Translations under genes and position numbers: made by a program
Shown here: piece by piece, positions 1 to 13,370 of the stretch
Position numbering within the stretch: the first letter of the stretch is position 1
Layout: each line of letters starts with the position of its first letter
NCBI GenBank assembly: GCA_964016885.1
Contig: OZ024743.1
Location: forward strand, 29,016,001-29,080,000
Length of the DNA stretch: 64,000 bases
Direction of reading: 5' to 3'
Origin: Eledone cirrhosa
Lineage: Eukaryota
Notes under the pieces: model-generated
What the model was told of the DNA's origin: nothing
Databases searched by the model: none
What the model saw: only the letters and a program-made list of their open reading frames with translations

Positions 1-296
1 GACAACAGACCTAATCGTGGAAAAGCTGGATGCCTGGACAATATGTAAAGAAAATAAACCGAATACTCTGATGGCTGGATAATCTAAGATTTTCCTCGAT
101 GAAGCAGGAAAAAGGTAGGTTTTCACCTACTGCGGGCCCTAGGGGATCAAGAAAATGAATTTTTTTATGTGCATAACACTCCCTGAAATATAAGTAATAC
201 ATATGTAAAGTTTGAAAAAGATCTGTTGGGTACTTCTCGGGTTTCACACACACATACATACATCATTCCTCAGTTTTATATATATACATATATAGA
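1..296 (-). mobile_element. Non-autonomous Helitron, 5' part (runs off the window)
   Basis: Reverse-complement similarity to 32869-33791. TC-TATA...AAAACTGAGG 5' terminus at 296 on the minus strand. Confidence 0.7.
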
Positions 297-754
297 TTAA
301 AATAACAGATTAAAGTTTAAGCAAAGAATCGTTGCTTTTCCCCTTAATGGGATCTTCTGAAACTAAAAACATCAATCTGTGAATGCAGAAGTAAATATTT
401 CGAAAAATGTTGCAACCGAAGCAAAACAGGAAGACGATACTTTGGTTCGTGAAGATGTTCCCTGGGAATGAACGGATAATAGCGAACATAATACGTCATC
501 AATGTTCGTCAGAATGTTGTAATGTAGACAGCCAGGCATACAGATATTATAAGAGCGCGACGGAGATGGATAACCGGCGCCTAACACCCCTTTAACAACA
601 GAAAATTGAAAAATAAAAGCTGCAGGTAATATCTTTAGACCACAAGGAATATATAAATGCAAGTTTGAAGTCAATCGGAGTAGAAATGTGGATTTGTATA
701 GACTTTGCAAAAATGAGGACACACACACACAGACAACAGTTTTATATATATAGA
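297..754 (-). mobile_element. Helitron-type non-autonomous fragment
   Basis: Minus-strand A|TCTATATATATAAAACTG 5' terminus at 754 followed by a GT-rich microsatellite, as in the other Helitron heads here. Confidence 0.5.
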
Positions 755-2187
755 TAACGATCATGTCAACTTTACAATGTACTTACTGATGCCTATTGGA
801 ACAAAAGGAGCTGATTATCAGATTGGACCAAAGTAACTATGTTTCCATTGGTTTTTGTTGATATTGTCTGCCAGTCACAACTCATGGTAAAAGCAACACT
901 GTTTTTCCGCTGACAGGAAGTGGGATTTGAACCCAGAATCTACAGAACCAGAACAGATGCCACAAAGTATTGCATCGAACTCATTGATAATTCCATTAAT
1001 TTATTTCTCTTGGATTGGTACTTTATTTATCAATCTTGAAAGGCTGGAGGGCAAAGTTGAACTTGGCAGGACATAAGCTCAGAACACAGAAAGCTGGAAC
1101 AAATGCCAAGACATTTAATCTGATGCTCTAATGGCTTAGTCAGTGCACTGGCTGTTGATGCCAACTGACAGTCAGGCTAACATGTCTTACGACTACAGTG
1201 CAGCACTTGTGACAGTATGTGAACTACCAACATTTTGGGTCATAGTCCTAAAACCAATCAATTCAGCAAACTGTGATCCTAACACTTCAATTTAAATTCT
1301 TTAATTAAGTTTTCATAAGTAAATACAACAATCAATATACCTGACATGATGGATCCACTAACTTATGGCATCTAAAACTTTAGCAATATGATTTCTTTTA
1401 TTCAAGGTGAAATATGTCTCACTGTATAATTGGCAAGTGTTTGTTCATAATACCATAGACTTCAATGGGATACTAACTATGCAGGAAAGAAGTATTACAA
1501 TGGAAGTATGAAGATAGAACTTATGAGCTCCAGAGAAATCTATAATTCCTCCAACATATCTTAATCAGACAGCCTATTATAATATTCAATACATATTGTT
1601 TACCCTAGATCAGCTCTGATCAAGTAAACCTATGATCAAAAAGTATGCCATTCACAACCATTTCATGGTATTCTTGGTTTTATTTTTCAGATGCAGTACA
1701 TCTAGAATCACATTATCTAATGTCCTTTTTTTAAGATAGCAATGTGTGATTTAAGGGATATTTGGCTGGTATTTCTCGAAGAAGAGGTGAACATGTAGAG
1801 GCACTCTCATTGGCTTGGCACAACACATGTATAGTGGAGTGGAAACCAGTGCCTACACTGTTATTTTATAGAACTAAAGCATAATGTACAACACATTGGT
1901 AAACTCCATATTTCAGATGTCCAGGTATCAGTCATGGTTCTAATCAAATAGATTATGAAATCTTAAAAGAATTTAGATGTCTATGATTATGTGAAACATT
2001 ATAGTCAAATAGTAGAGGGGATATTTCAGTCAGGTCAGAGAACTTCTTGAATCTTATAAGAGAGATGGCAAAAAAAACTATCAAGTAGAAAAATGCTATG
2101 CTGGAAAAGAAACCTACCATTCCACACAGAGACAAATAGACATAAAATGCTCAGAGCACACAGTCAATATATATATATATATATATT

Positions 2188-2945
2188 GTAGGGTGGATGA
2201 AACAATTAAGGCCAAGAGACAGGCATAGAAAGAATGGCAAAATGGGGAAAGCAGAAAATATTCCCAAGAAGCAAGCAGAGAGGTTAGGCAACAAGTATAC
2301 TTATAAGCAACGAGAAAAGCAGAAAATAAAAGCTTTATGCATGTTATGTGATGTGAGGACCAAAAATGAAAGGGGTTCAGGATTGTGAGGCAATGTGTCA
2401 GGGACAGTTAAATTGTTGGGGAGGAATGTGTCCAAGACAATGGTGCACTCGCCCTCACCGACACTGAATAGCTAGTAACATAGAAGTACCATTATGAGTG
2501 ACTGGTAAATGAGGAGAATGCATGGGAGAAAGATAGTGTGCCCCAAGTCGACCCAACAGAGGAACCAACCAGACAAGTTAGCAGTAGCATAGTAAGTATG
2601 GCAACTAAGGGTATGAAGACAGGCAAAATAGATGGACCATCAGAAATAGGTGCTGAGATGCTGAAAGCATCTAGGATGGTAGGACACAACTTAACCACCC
2701 ATATCATAAACCTAGTAATAATAAATGGTGCTATAGCCAATGACTGGTACAGAAGCATCATTGTCAACTGCTACAAGAGCAAAGGTGATGCACTAGACAG
2801 AGGAAACTACTGAGGCGTCAAATTGATGAACCAGGTCGTGAAAATTACAGAGTGTCATTGTACAATGGATTATGGATTGAATTAACCTAGATGAAATGCA
2901 GATTTATGCCAGGAAAAAGTACACTGATGTTCTCTTTCTTGTCAT
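2188..2945 (+). mobile_element. Decayed RTE LINE fragment
   Basis: ORF 2538-2813 (GPSEIGAEMLK...IIVNCYKSKGDALDRGNY) is homologous to RTE ORF 61478-62674. Confidence 0.8.
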
Positions 2946-4029
2946 TTCTTTGACATAACTTTTGTTTGGCAAGTTTTCTATGGCTGGATGCCCTTCCTAA
3001 CACCAAACACTTTACAGTGTGTACTATGTGCTTTTATCATATAGATAACCAACACAAGGGAGGTTACCATGTCCCTGACATAACTGTAAATATTACTTAT
3101 TGGAACAATTTTACTATTTATTACATGTTTAAAAGCTCAAGAACATTCTTCAGAGAAGTGAATGAGTTACAAGTTAAACATTTAAAGAGTAGAGGAGGAA
3201 AAAACTAAAGATGGAAAACAGAAGAAAGATGGAAGGAATCAGAGATCAAGAAGGACAAATTCTGTGGGAGGAGGTACAGGACACATAATATATAGTAAGG
3301 GTGTGGTAGAATCAACAGAGAGGAGAAGAGGGTGCATTAATTTGGTGGATGCTGTAAGCAAGGGAATGTAAAACAAAGGAAGGGAGGAAGAAGTGTGATG
3401 GGAGGGAAGGAGAAGATGGTAATTGATTAATCAGCAAGAGATTTCTGTATGCACTAGTTAGTGTATAAGTCAAATATTGTCAGTTTGGAACTGTGATATT
3501 AATTTGAAATCTGAATGACCAATCTAATTTGTAGTCAAGAGCCAAAATGTGGTAAAGGTTATTTTCTAATATGTCATAAGACAGACAGACATTAATACAA
3601 TTAAAAAAATACAAATCTTTTCTGACTACTTGTATTGAGAAATATAACAAATACACACAAGCTATATCAAATATCTACTGGTTTCATAATGTTAAAGGAG
3701 TAGGATTCACTTCTGAAAAATATAGGTGTTTATAATAGCTATATCCAAAGGTTTCATAAGCAAAGGTTTCACTACTGTTGAATCATGAATGAAGAGAAAA
3801 ATATATTTAAAAATTTCTTTAATAGCGTTATTTTCAAATCCTTAACAGATGGTTATGGGTAACTTTCAATTTATAAAAAACTTTCAACTCTCTCTGAGCA
3901 GAGTTATATTAGTACATAATATATAATTTGAAGGTTGTCAGTGGTGACAGCTAAGATTTAATGGTATCGAACAATGGTTAGATAGATATAGAACAATGGT
4001 TAGATTAGCAAAGTATGGACCATGGAAAT

Positions 4030-4580
4030 TATTATTCCTACAGACTCTCTTTTGCATCTACTGTGCCTCACTACCATATAACAGGATATAACATTTAACC
4101 AGTCCATACTCAATTCCTTCATGATTACTTCTCAATAGTGGATACCATTTGCCAGATGATGAGATGAAAGGAAACCCCAGCTATGAATGATGGTTGGAAA
4201 ACATATCATCAGTTTGTATCTATGACTTGATAAATTTTCCAATGGCTGAGTCTAGAGTCTACATCAAATTTGTCAAGATATTGTGATGCTGGAAAATGAT
4301 GTAATTTTTGGAGAAGTCATAGAAGACAATCTGGTTAAGTTGTTTGGTCCCATACAGAAAAAAAGTATGTCTAATGACGAGCTTATGCTGTTAGAACTAG
4401 AATGAGCTACTGGACAAGAAGCTCCACTAACTCCAGTGAAGTCGACTGCAAAAAATATTGCTAAAGGGTCGGCACTTCTAGAAGGCCGGCATGTTTTTGC
4501 TGATAATGATACTATTCATGAATGTAAGAAATTACAAAAGAAGTTCAGAATGAGTTCAATTCCTATGCTATGTTATACAA
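4030..4580 (+). mobile_element. pogo/Tigger-like transposase C-terminal fossil
   Basis: Interrupted translation FVYDL..F...FGEVIEDNLVKLF...MSNDELMLLE...TAKNIAKG resembles the Tigger transposase C-terminus; many stops. Confidence 0.45.
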
Positions 4581-5417
4581 AGAACTGGTGCATTATAAAC
4601 ATCAATCAACATGGGATATGTTCTTTATCCAACAAGCAGATGTTGATGATAAATCATAGGGCAGAGGATAGTGTCATTCATCTTTTCAGTAACTCCTATT
4701 ATACAACTTTCCCTAATATAGCAGTTAATATATTTTGTGGCAAGAAAGAGATACTGCAAGGCATCACATCTAATGCTCTACCAATTCTACCAATCCATCA
4801 ACCTAGGGCTATTTTATCTCATTCCAAAAGAATGAAAGGCAAAGTTGACCTCAGCAGGATTTGAACTCAGAGTGTAGAGAACTGAAACAAAGATGCTAGC
4901 AATAACAATATGTAGACCAATATGCATACTGAGATGTCAGAGATGATGATGACAATGGAACACTGCAAGACCATCAAATGTACATCATCATGATGTATTA
5001 AATACTAAAGCATAACATAGGTGTTACTACATGTGAGAATTAATTAAAGCTAGCATAGTGTGAATAAATTTTGAAGAAAATTCAAGGTATTGATGAAAAT
5101 GCAGTCATATATATATTTATCTTTAATATAATTGTACAAGTGATTTGATGCTATCTCTAGTAATATAAAACAAACGAATGTGAAAGAAGATAGACGAACT
5201 TCAATAATTGAACACAAGTTAGTTAATATAGAATGCAGCAAATGTTAAATATTATATAAACAGAAAGTGATTGTAAAGGAAACAGGCTAAAAATATAACC
5301 GACTTAATCTACCATCGCACTTCTTACAAAAAACACTAGAGAACAAGAATTACAAGCAACCCACACAACATAAACATACCACACACATAGATGACAAAAG
5401 TAATTAGACATCTACAA

Positions 5418-5419
<2 letters not shown>

Positions 5420-5468
<49 letters not shown>
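5420..5468. repeat. (TA)n microsatellite; others at about 6257-6287, 17178-17204, 44233-44268, 49086-49110 and 58793-58823
   Basis: Seen directly. Confidence 0.95.
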
Positions 5469-5469
<1 letters not shown>

Positions 5470-6253
5470 CATTTGCAACATACATGGAATACATAGTACA
5501 GCAAAACAATGTACAAACACTTTAATAATACCCACAAGCACTATGTTTGGTTAACACAAAGAAATATCACATTAACTACCTTCAGTGCTATATAGTAACA
5601 ATAACTAGAAAGATTTAAAACTGCTTACATTGTATGGTTGATTCACTTTATAAATCTAGCACTGTATTCAAAAGCCAAAGAATAGCTTGCATCTTTGGAA
5701 ATAAATGTAAAATTTGTTTGCTGTCATTGGAACAAGTATTTACAATTGGAAAGCAAACTGACAATGCAAGGTCACCTTATAACAGAAAATCTATCCTAAC
5801 TTTAACTGAGATATTTAGTCTATAACATTTTATAAATTCCATTTTCCTTTTTCTTTATATTTTAAAAAACTATTTTAACACAGTAAGTAATGTATTGACC
5901 GACAGCAGATATATATTTCCACTTTGATAGCAATTCTCAATCATTTAAATTCATTTTGCCAATGTGAAATTTACAAATAGCCAAGAAGCACACATTAGTA
6001 TTCATGACAGGAAGATAGTGTCACTTTATGAAACATCACCCTCTCATAGTTATTACCCAGCATACTAAGTAAATATTTGGAAATGCCTAGAAAAATGCTT
6101 TTAAAACTGATCAATAATTATTGCAGATGAATTTCTCAAAGCAAAAAAAGAAAGTACGGATAAAGAAAGAATAGATAAAAAGAGATATCTAATATTTATT
6201 TATACAGCAAGAGTTATAAGTTTGTATGTGTGTGTGAATATATACATACATAC

Positions 6254-6294
<41 letters not shown>

Positions 6295-7204
6295 AATACA
6301 ATTTAAGTGAAATAATAACCTTTCTTATTTCAATAGTATTTATATTCTACTTCAGTTTCGAAATGAAAGGTGTAAACAGTACAGAAGTCCAGCTTTTAGA
6401 TGATATTATATATCATGTTTTTAATTTTTATAAATTTGATCTCATGGGAAATTTTCCTTCAGCAGAAGGAACTTTTAAATGAATTAGTTTCTTTTTACTA
6501 TTTTACATACATTAAATTAAAAATGTTTCCATGATAGTATATATTTTATAGCATATGTTTTACACCTAAACACTCAACCAGAAAGTTGATGTAGCACCAA
6601 TTGTTTTTGTAGACAAACACAATCATAGTAATGACCTCAGAAAGAAAGAAGAAAAATTGAGACATCATCCCACCTACAAATTTTTTAAATAATAACAGTG
6701 TTTACATGTTGGCATGAAAAGGTCAGAACTACTCAACAAATCATTTTCTGTCTTGTTTTATATCATTTGTAATGTGCAATCTATTCCAATTTACCTAAAT
6801 TACTAATTACCTAACAACAACAAACATTTTAAGGCCATTTCCCTTGCTAAAGCAGGGTTAGTCTTGTAGACCCCACAACAAATTTCAGTTTTGCCCTATA
6901 TTCTTACCAACTTCTGGATTCTATTTCCTTCTACATTATTTTGAACCATGTCTTTCTTGATCTTTCCCTTACTCTTCTTCCCTTGAAATTGATTTTTATC
7001 ACTTCTATTACCCAATCATCATCATCATCATCATCATTTTACGTCCGCTTGACCCAGCCATCTGATTCCCTTTCTTTTCAAAACATTCATCACTTGTTCT
7101 ATTTCCATAATTCTCTGCAATTCTGCACCTATCATAAAAGGTGACTCAAAGCATTGGTGCTAGAAAAGGCATCCGGTTGTAAAACATTATTACAAACAAA
7201 CCAC

Positions 7205-7385
7205 GGTGGTGGATTGGCAGTATCGGTAGAGGGTCTGACGCCATGCTTTGCAGCAAAGAGTTACGGCCCTTTATGGTCTGAGTTCAGGTTAACTTTCCCT
7301 TTCATCCTTACGGGGTCGATAAAATAAAGCACCAGTTAATACACTGGGATAATTGCTGGCTTTGTGCCAAAAGTAGAAACAATTA
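7205..7385 (+). mobile_element. tRNA-derived SINE, family A
   Basis: Head ggtggattggcagtatcggtagag, body ctttcatccttacggggtcgataaaat, tail gccaaaagtagaaacaatt. At least 7 close copies occur in the window. Confidence 0.85.
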
Positions 7386-7397
7386 TTACAAACAAAA

Positions 7398-7586
7398 GGC
7401 AGTGGATTGGCAGTATCGGTAGAGGGTCGGACACCATGCTTTGACGCATAGAGTTATGGCTCTTGCCATTCTGAGTTCAAATCCCGCCGAGGTTAACTTT
7501 GCCTTTCATCCTTACGGGGGTCGATAAAATAAAGTACCAGTAATGCACTGGGTAATTGCTGGCCTTGTGCCAACAGTAGATACAAC
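7398..7586 (+). mobile_element. tRNA-derived SINE, family A (second tandem copy)
   Basis: Intact B box gagttcaaatcc; flanked by the repeated tattacaaacaaa target sequence. Confidence 0.85.
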
Positions 7587-7794
7587 TATTACAAACAAAC
7601 AACTTTATAGTGAGTATGACTACTTGTTGCCTAACCCTAATCAATATACTTCTCCTATGACTAGTACCCTATTCATCCATCTGAAATTATTTCCTGTCCT
7701 CTGAAATTATCAAGCTTGGAAAATAATATAAAATAAAATGGTTTCTTTTGTCTCAATACAGTGATTTCTTTATGAATAGAAAGTGGTTATAATT

Positions 7795-8100
7795 CATCAT
7801 CATCATCATCATTATTTTACATCTGCTCTCCATAGTGGCATAGGTTGGACAAGTTATCATGATTCAAAACCTGAGTGGTCAGAGCAAACTGTTTGGGTCA
7901 TACATTCCATAGCTGGCATGGTTTCTACAGCTGCATGTCCTCCCTATTACCAACCACCTTACAAGTTGTACTGGATGCATTTTTTCATGACACTATCACT
8001 ACCACTTTACAAAGTGTACAGGATGGATTTATTCATGTCATCAACACTAATACTTTACAGAGTGTAATGGGTGCATTTTATCATGGCATTGGCTCTACAG
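7795..8100 (-). mobile_element. RTE-tailed SINE-like element with internal ~48-bp repeats
   Basis: (cat)n tail and degenerate repeats, inverted relative to 8745-9065. A similar copy lies at about 43030-43420. Confidence 0.55.
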
Positions 8101-8374
8101 AGGCTATCACATACTCATCCTGACTGAAAGGACCTCTCAAACTCTATAGTAATTTCTTATGAGTAGTACAAATGATAGTACACAAAATATCTGTATGAAA
8201 CTAGATAGCATAATGTATCTAGTCCAATGCTTTACTATCTATGTCAGATTTCACTCTAAAAAATAAATAAAATATAATTAAAAACAAAATCTTCTACAAT
8301 TTTACAAATTGACTGTACATTTTTGTGGAAAACAGTGTAAATACATGAGAGATTTAGCTTGTGAAAGATCTTAC

Positions 8375-8467
8375 CTATATGTGGAGGAAGGATTAGATGC
8401 AAATGTTCATAATCTGTCGCACCATCTCTGAGAAGAATACTAAAGTAGTTGTGTAAACTCAGAGGAT
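8375..8467 (-). CDS. M1AP: M1AP-like exon 6 (DPLSLHNYFSILLRDGATDYEHLHLILPPHI)
   Basis: ttactttcag acceptor, gtaaga donor, 93 nt, phase 1 to 1. Resembles human DIVSMEIFFKAWLHNSGTDQEQIHLLL. The gene appears to continue beyond the left edge. Confidence 0.85.
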
Positions 8468-8744
8468 CTGAAAGTAAAAATTAAATGCTCAGTTTCAGTT
8501 AAAGAAAATGCAAAAAAATTTCAGCAAATAGAGACAAATCCAGTAGAAAGTAAAAACCACACACATACATATATATGTGTATGTAATATATATATATGTT
8601 GAAGCATACATCTAGTATGCACCACTCACTCCCCCTCCATACTCCACCCACGTCTTTACACCCTACCCATCACCAAATAAATGCCCCACCCTGATCTACC
8701 TTTCCAATCCCCATGCTACATACATACACCTCCCCCACCCCAGC

Positions 8745-9065
8745 CCTCAGTCCACACTATAAAATGGTCATTTTGGTGCCATGGCAAAAAGCACCCAGTC
8801 CACACTGTAAAGTGGTCATGTTAATGTAACAACAAAAATAACCCAACCCACACTGTACAGTGGTCATTTTGGTGCCATGATAAAAAGCACCCAGTTCACA
8901 CTGTAAATATAGTGGTGTTAGGAAGGACATCCAGCTGTAGAAACCAAGCCAGAAACAGTTCTGTATGTACAAGACAGTTATTTAATCAGACTTGTCTCAA
9001 CTGGGATAACTCATCTAGCCCAAGCTAACATGGAAGAATGGATGTTAAGTGATGATGATGATGAT
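8745..9065 (+). mobile_element. RTE-tailed SINE-like element with four ~48-bp internal tandem units
   Basis: Units aaagcacccagtccacactgtaaagtggtc..., then the gttaggaagg(g)catccagctgtagaaac motif and a (gat)n tail. A related copy lies at about 10420-10645. Confidence 0.65.
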
Positions 9066-9269
9066 GTGTGTGTGTGCATAATGTTTTCATCAAAAATTGT
9101 CTGAAATGTTTATTGAGTATAACTTGGAATTGAATGACTCCCACACACAAGGGCTTAAAAATGCAAATAATAGAATAGAAGATGAAGTAAAGGAGAAAAG
9201 AAAGGATGAATGAATGTCAAGGGAGAAGAAATAAAAGGAAGAGTCTAAACATCAAAACATGTCTCATAA

Positions 9270-9760
9270 AAAAGTAGATTGAGATGAGCTGATCATGTTC
9301 CACATTTAAATGACTGATGGCAGACCAGGTAAGCTTTCTAAAGAGATCTAATGTACCATGAGAAACCACAGCACAAGCCTAGGAAAAGATTTAAACTTTG
9401 TTATAAGCCTGACCTAAGAGAAATATTAATCAGAATTGCAAATTGGAAAACACTGACAGATAATCATGCTGCTTGGAGAAAGCAGATTTATTATGCTAAA
9501 AGACATGCTTGAAGACACTTCCCCAAAGACCCTCCCAAGAAGAAGAAAAAGAAGTTGTTTCATGCAGCTCACAAGATGGAAAACATCGCACACCCACCAG
9601 GATGAGGAACAAAGGGGGATAATCTGCATTAACAATAATAATTACCAATAATAATGAAGAAATATTTATAGTGGTACCACACACATGTGGGATATATAAT
9701 AGAACCTGCAGGTCAGAATCCAGCCTTAAAACCAACCTTAATGCCCATAGCAGGAAGACA
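9270..9760 (+). mobile_element. Old RTE-like LINE 3' remnant
   Basis: Degenerate LRWxxHV-like segment and C-terminal Cys/His-like segment; many stops. Confidence 0.35.
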
Positions 9761-12700
9761 ATACACTTGTAACAGGAAAGAAGAAGGGAGTACAAATGCT
9801 AGCTATACTTGGCAGTGAGTTGAATATTATGTACATACATAAACTCGCACATATCTATACTAGGTACTATTATGAATTTCTGAAAATATTTAAATCTAAC
9901 TTCTACTGTACTTTTTCTTGGAAAACATCCAAAAAGAAACCTTTTGGTACCTCATTTATGAAATACGACAATTTGAATGGTCAGTGAATTGGTTGAAATC
10001 TTGCCTAACTAGGCCTAAATGAAAAATTAGTCATATTTGTGATATCATATCTTTGAAACTGAGGTGATAATCATCTTCAAATTACACAAATTAAGTGACC
10101 ATGGGATAGCGGTTGCCTTTTTCTTTCAGGTTCTTGAAAATGAAACTTTTTTTTTATCAATTTTTGAAATATTTATGTAAAGCCTATTTTATTGCATGTA
10201 ACAAACAAAAAAAAAGAGTCGATTTTGCAACACGGGCGTAAGCTTTCCATGTGTTTGGACTGTAGTAGGTATAGAACTAAATAAATTGTGAGATTTTTGG
10301 ACATGATACTATTTCAAATAAAATTTTAATGGATTATTAAATGGCTATAAACAATTAAATTACAAAGATTAAAGACCATTGCAAGATTTTCATGCATGGA
10401 TATATCTGAAAATGCATGAACAGTCCACACTGTAGAGTGGTCGTGTAGGTGTCACAATAAAAAGCATCCAGTACACAGTAAATGTTGTTGGCGTTAGGAA
10501 AGGTATCCAGCCATAGAAAACAAATCAATCTCAGTTCTGTATGAGCAAGACACAGTCACCTGATCTGGCTTGTCTCACAACGGGACAACTCGTCTAAGAC
10601 ATGTTAGCGTAGGGAAATGGACGTAAATTGGTGGTGGTGATGTTGAATTATACCATTTGAAAGTTCTGGATGTGAACTTTTTTTCATATACTTTTGATCA
10701 AAATCCAACTCTTAAATATCATGCCAGGTCACGAATACAAAACGGACATTGCAAGGCTTAAAAGTTAACCAAAGTGTTACTGACCATCCTGTTACAAAAT
10801 GTTGATGATATTTATCAATAAAAATTATTCAATTTTATTTAATTATTAATGAAACTTTCTTAGAATTGCATGTAAACCTAGATTAAAAAACAAACAAAAT
10901 GTGAAAACTAATTCCTGTTAACAAATAGGAGAAAGAGAGAAAAAAAACGAATTGGCTCTACTTGTGAAAATGTATAAACTACCGCAAATTATCCAACTGC
11001 ATTCGAAATTGGGAAAAATAAACATCACATCGGACTTTAATACTCTACAAAATAATATTTATTGCACAATATAATTTTTATTGACAAAATTTGATCAATA
11101 TTATAAAATTAAAAAAAAAATGAAAATGATGTCCTCGCTTTCCACATGTTACAACGAGGGGCAATAAACAACATTCTCAATACAATTCCATTCTAATTTC
11201 GGGCTCTCGAAGACTTATGTAGCTCAATTTAGTGCTTTTTTTTTACGTAGAAATATATGTTTACTGAACAATTAATTCGTCCATTTCTTGAAATCCTAGC
11301 TCAAACTCCATATTTGAAGCCTTAAAACAATGTTCCATTTCAGCACTCGCCGTTCAGGAATATGCCATTTCAACAAGTTTCATCAATATGTGTTATGAAC
11401 ATCCGTAGTATTCCCCTTTTTATTGACTTTGTGCTTTTGTGTCATCTCATGGCCAGAATCGTCAATGGCCGTATTGCATTTGCAAGAAATCTTTCTTTCT
11501 TATGGTATAAAAATCTTGAAGAAAATATGTTATTTTCTAAGTGAAAATTAATGATAACTTTATCTGCTTTGATATATTTGTATTATATTGAAAAACTATA
11601 CGGTTGTGTTGGGAAAATGTTTTTTCTTAAAGAAGAAGTAGAATAATTGACATGTATATTGTACTTCTTAAATAATTTTTGATGTCTGTTGTTATTGTGG
11701 AAGTGTATTTTGATTGAGAAAGGTGTTGTGGTGGATAGATAGAGCATATATTTTTCTTTCTGGTATTGGATTTTTTTCTGTTTCAAGAGGATAGTTACAG
11801 GCCACTGTGATTTTAAAGTGGCTATGATGGGCAAGTGTCTGGTTGAACTTCTTCTCCCACTTATTTCTGCGGGTAGTCAGAAACAACTGTCTCCAACTCA
11901 TCAGGCCATTTGTATTCGCGATCGTATTCTTTCAGACATTACCCATGCTCCATGGCCATGGTTGAACGTACACCTGAGAAATGTTGCTTCACTAGAAGGA
12001 TTGATTATATGTTATTTTATTGTTATATACATTTGCTTAATAGCATTTATTGAATGGTTGGAATCTCAGTTTACACATAGAGGTTAACTATTAGATTTTA
12101 TATAGGGTTCATATGCTTCCTCATTGAAGTGCAGGTAATCACAGCGATTTACTAAATATATTTCTCGAAAATAAATATTGATAAGCCTCACAAAACTGAT
12201 TTAAGTCTTGTATACATAACTTAATAGCTTCATTTGGTGCAATAAAACTGTGTTTACTATCGCAAAAAGACATTATAAAATTTTAGAATATTATATAAAG
12301 ATTATTTTATAAGAAGATTTAGTCATATTCATGGAAAATGGCCAGTTTAGTAAACCCTTTTGTCTATGTAAGCTCTAGAAGCCCATCATTCTCCTGTTTG
12401 ACAATAATGCGTCATAACTCTTTACTCACTTTATAAGAAGCTTTATGCATGCGAATATTTCAACATGTTTAAGAAGTTCTTTCAGTTTGGGTTTTATCAT
12501 ACGTATACTGCATTGTTAACATTCATTAACATTTAAAGTTAACTCATAGTTTCCTGAAGCACAGCATATCATGCAGAACTGTATAGAGACTGAATTCTAA
12601 ACACCATGAAACAACAGGGATTTTATGCATGTTTTTACATTGTTTTTAAAGGAAGTGACAAAATTATTATTTAAACAGCTTTCACTTCCTCTAGTATACA

Positions 12701-13129
12701 GTTTCACTTTATAATGCCACATATAAATCACTGATGTTGTTAGCTTTTATCTATTTTTCCTAGTGATATATTTTTAAATATTTTCAAATCATTCTCTGAC
12801 TAATTAAAATCTTATAAATGACATGATCCAATAACTTAATCAATGAATTGATAGCTGAGAAAAACGTCAGTTTTAGAATTGATAATCAAAGTAATATTTT
12901 TGTTTCTTCAGTATCCACTAGCAACTTGCCTGATCCTGAATCGGACAAATTTGCAAGTGAATCAAATGAAATGAGGTCATGAACTAGAATATTACTGGGC
13001 CTAAAAGCCTATAAAATTTGATTCAAAGACAATTGATTGTTTTTTTTCCAACTTGTCTGTTGAGTTTGAATGAGACAATTGGCCAACAGAATCACTTGCA
13101 TGAAGTACAAATGTAAGCTAACATCATTC

Positions 13130-13370
13130 TTATGTGTTTTGATGAAATTTATGCCTACATAGGTGTGTTGTTTCCCATGGGAGCAACTCAGCTTCCAAAT
13201 TACAGATCTAATAGGAGGAAACCTGAACTGAGGGAACCATTAGTAGCTGATATAATACCCAGGAATAGATATGAGCAATTTTTACATGAACAACTGCACA
13301 TAGAATCCACCATACATTAGTTCTAATCATGATATGCTCAATAAAGTGTTCCCTCTATTAGCTAATGCTA
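13130..13370 (+). mobile_element. piggyBac transposase fossil
   Basis: EIYAYIGVLFPMG...LPNYR...PLVADIIPRNRYEQ...LH then DMLNKVFPLL matches the piggyBac/PGBD pattern E..AF.G....MG...LP....YW...MSRNRF....LH...D...K.RPL. Confidence 0.65.

Noticed and set aside
3630-3712. Another candidate exon 7 after a tttttcag acceptor
   Set aside because: Reads EVNPTPLTL and then stops.
5629-5775. Candidate M1AP exon 7
   Set aside because: Splice-like signals exist, but the phase-compatible frame hits a stop and shows no resemblance to the expected LKCDLQERLL region.
10700-12200. Possible Mutator-like or other DNA-transposon fossil (TNGLMSWRQ resembling TNNxxESW)
   Set aside because: One weak motif only; no termini or continuous frame could be supported.
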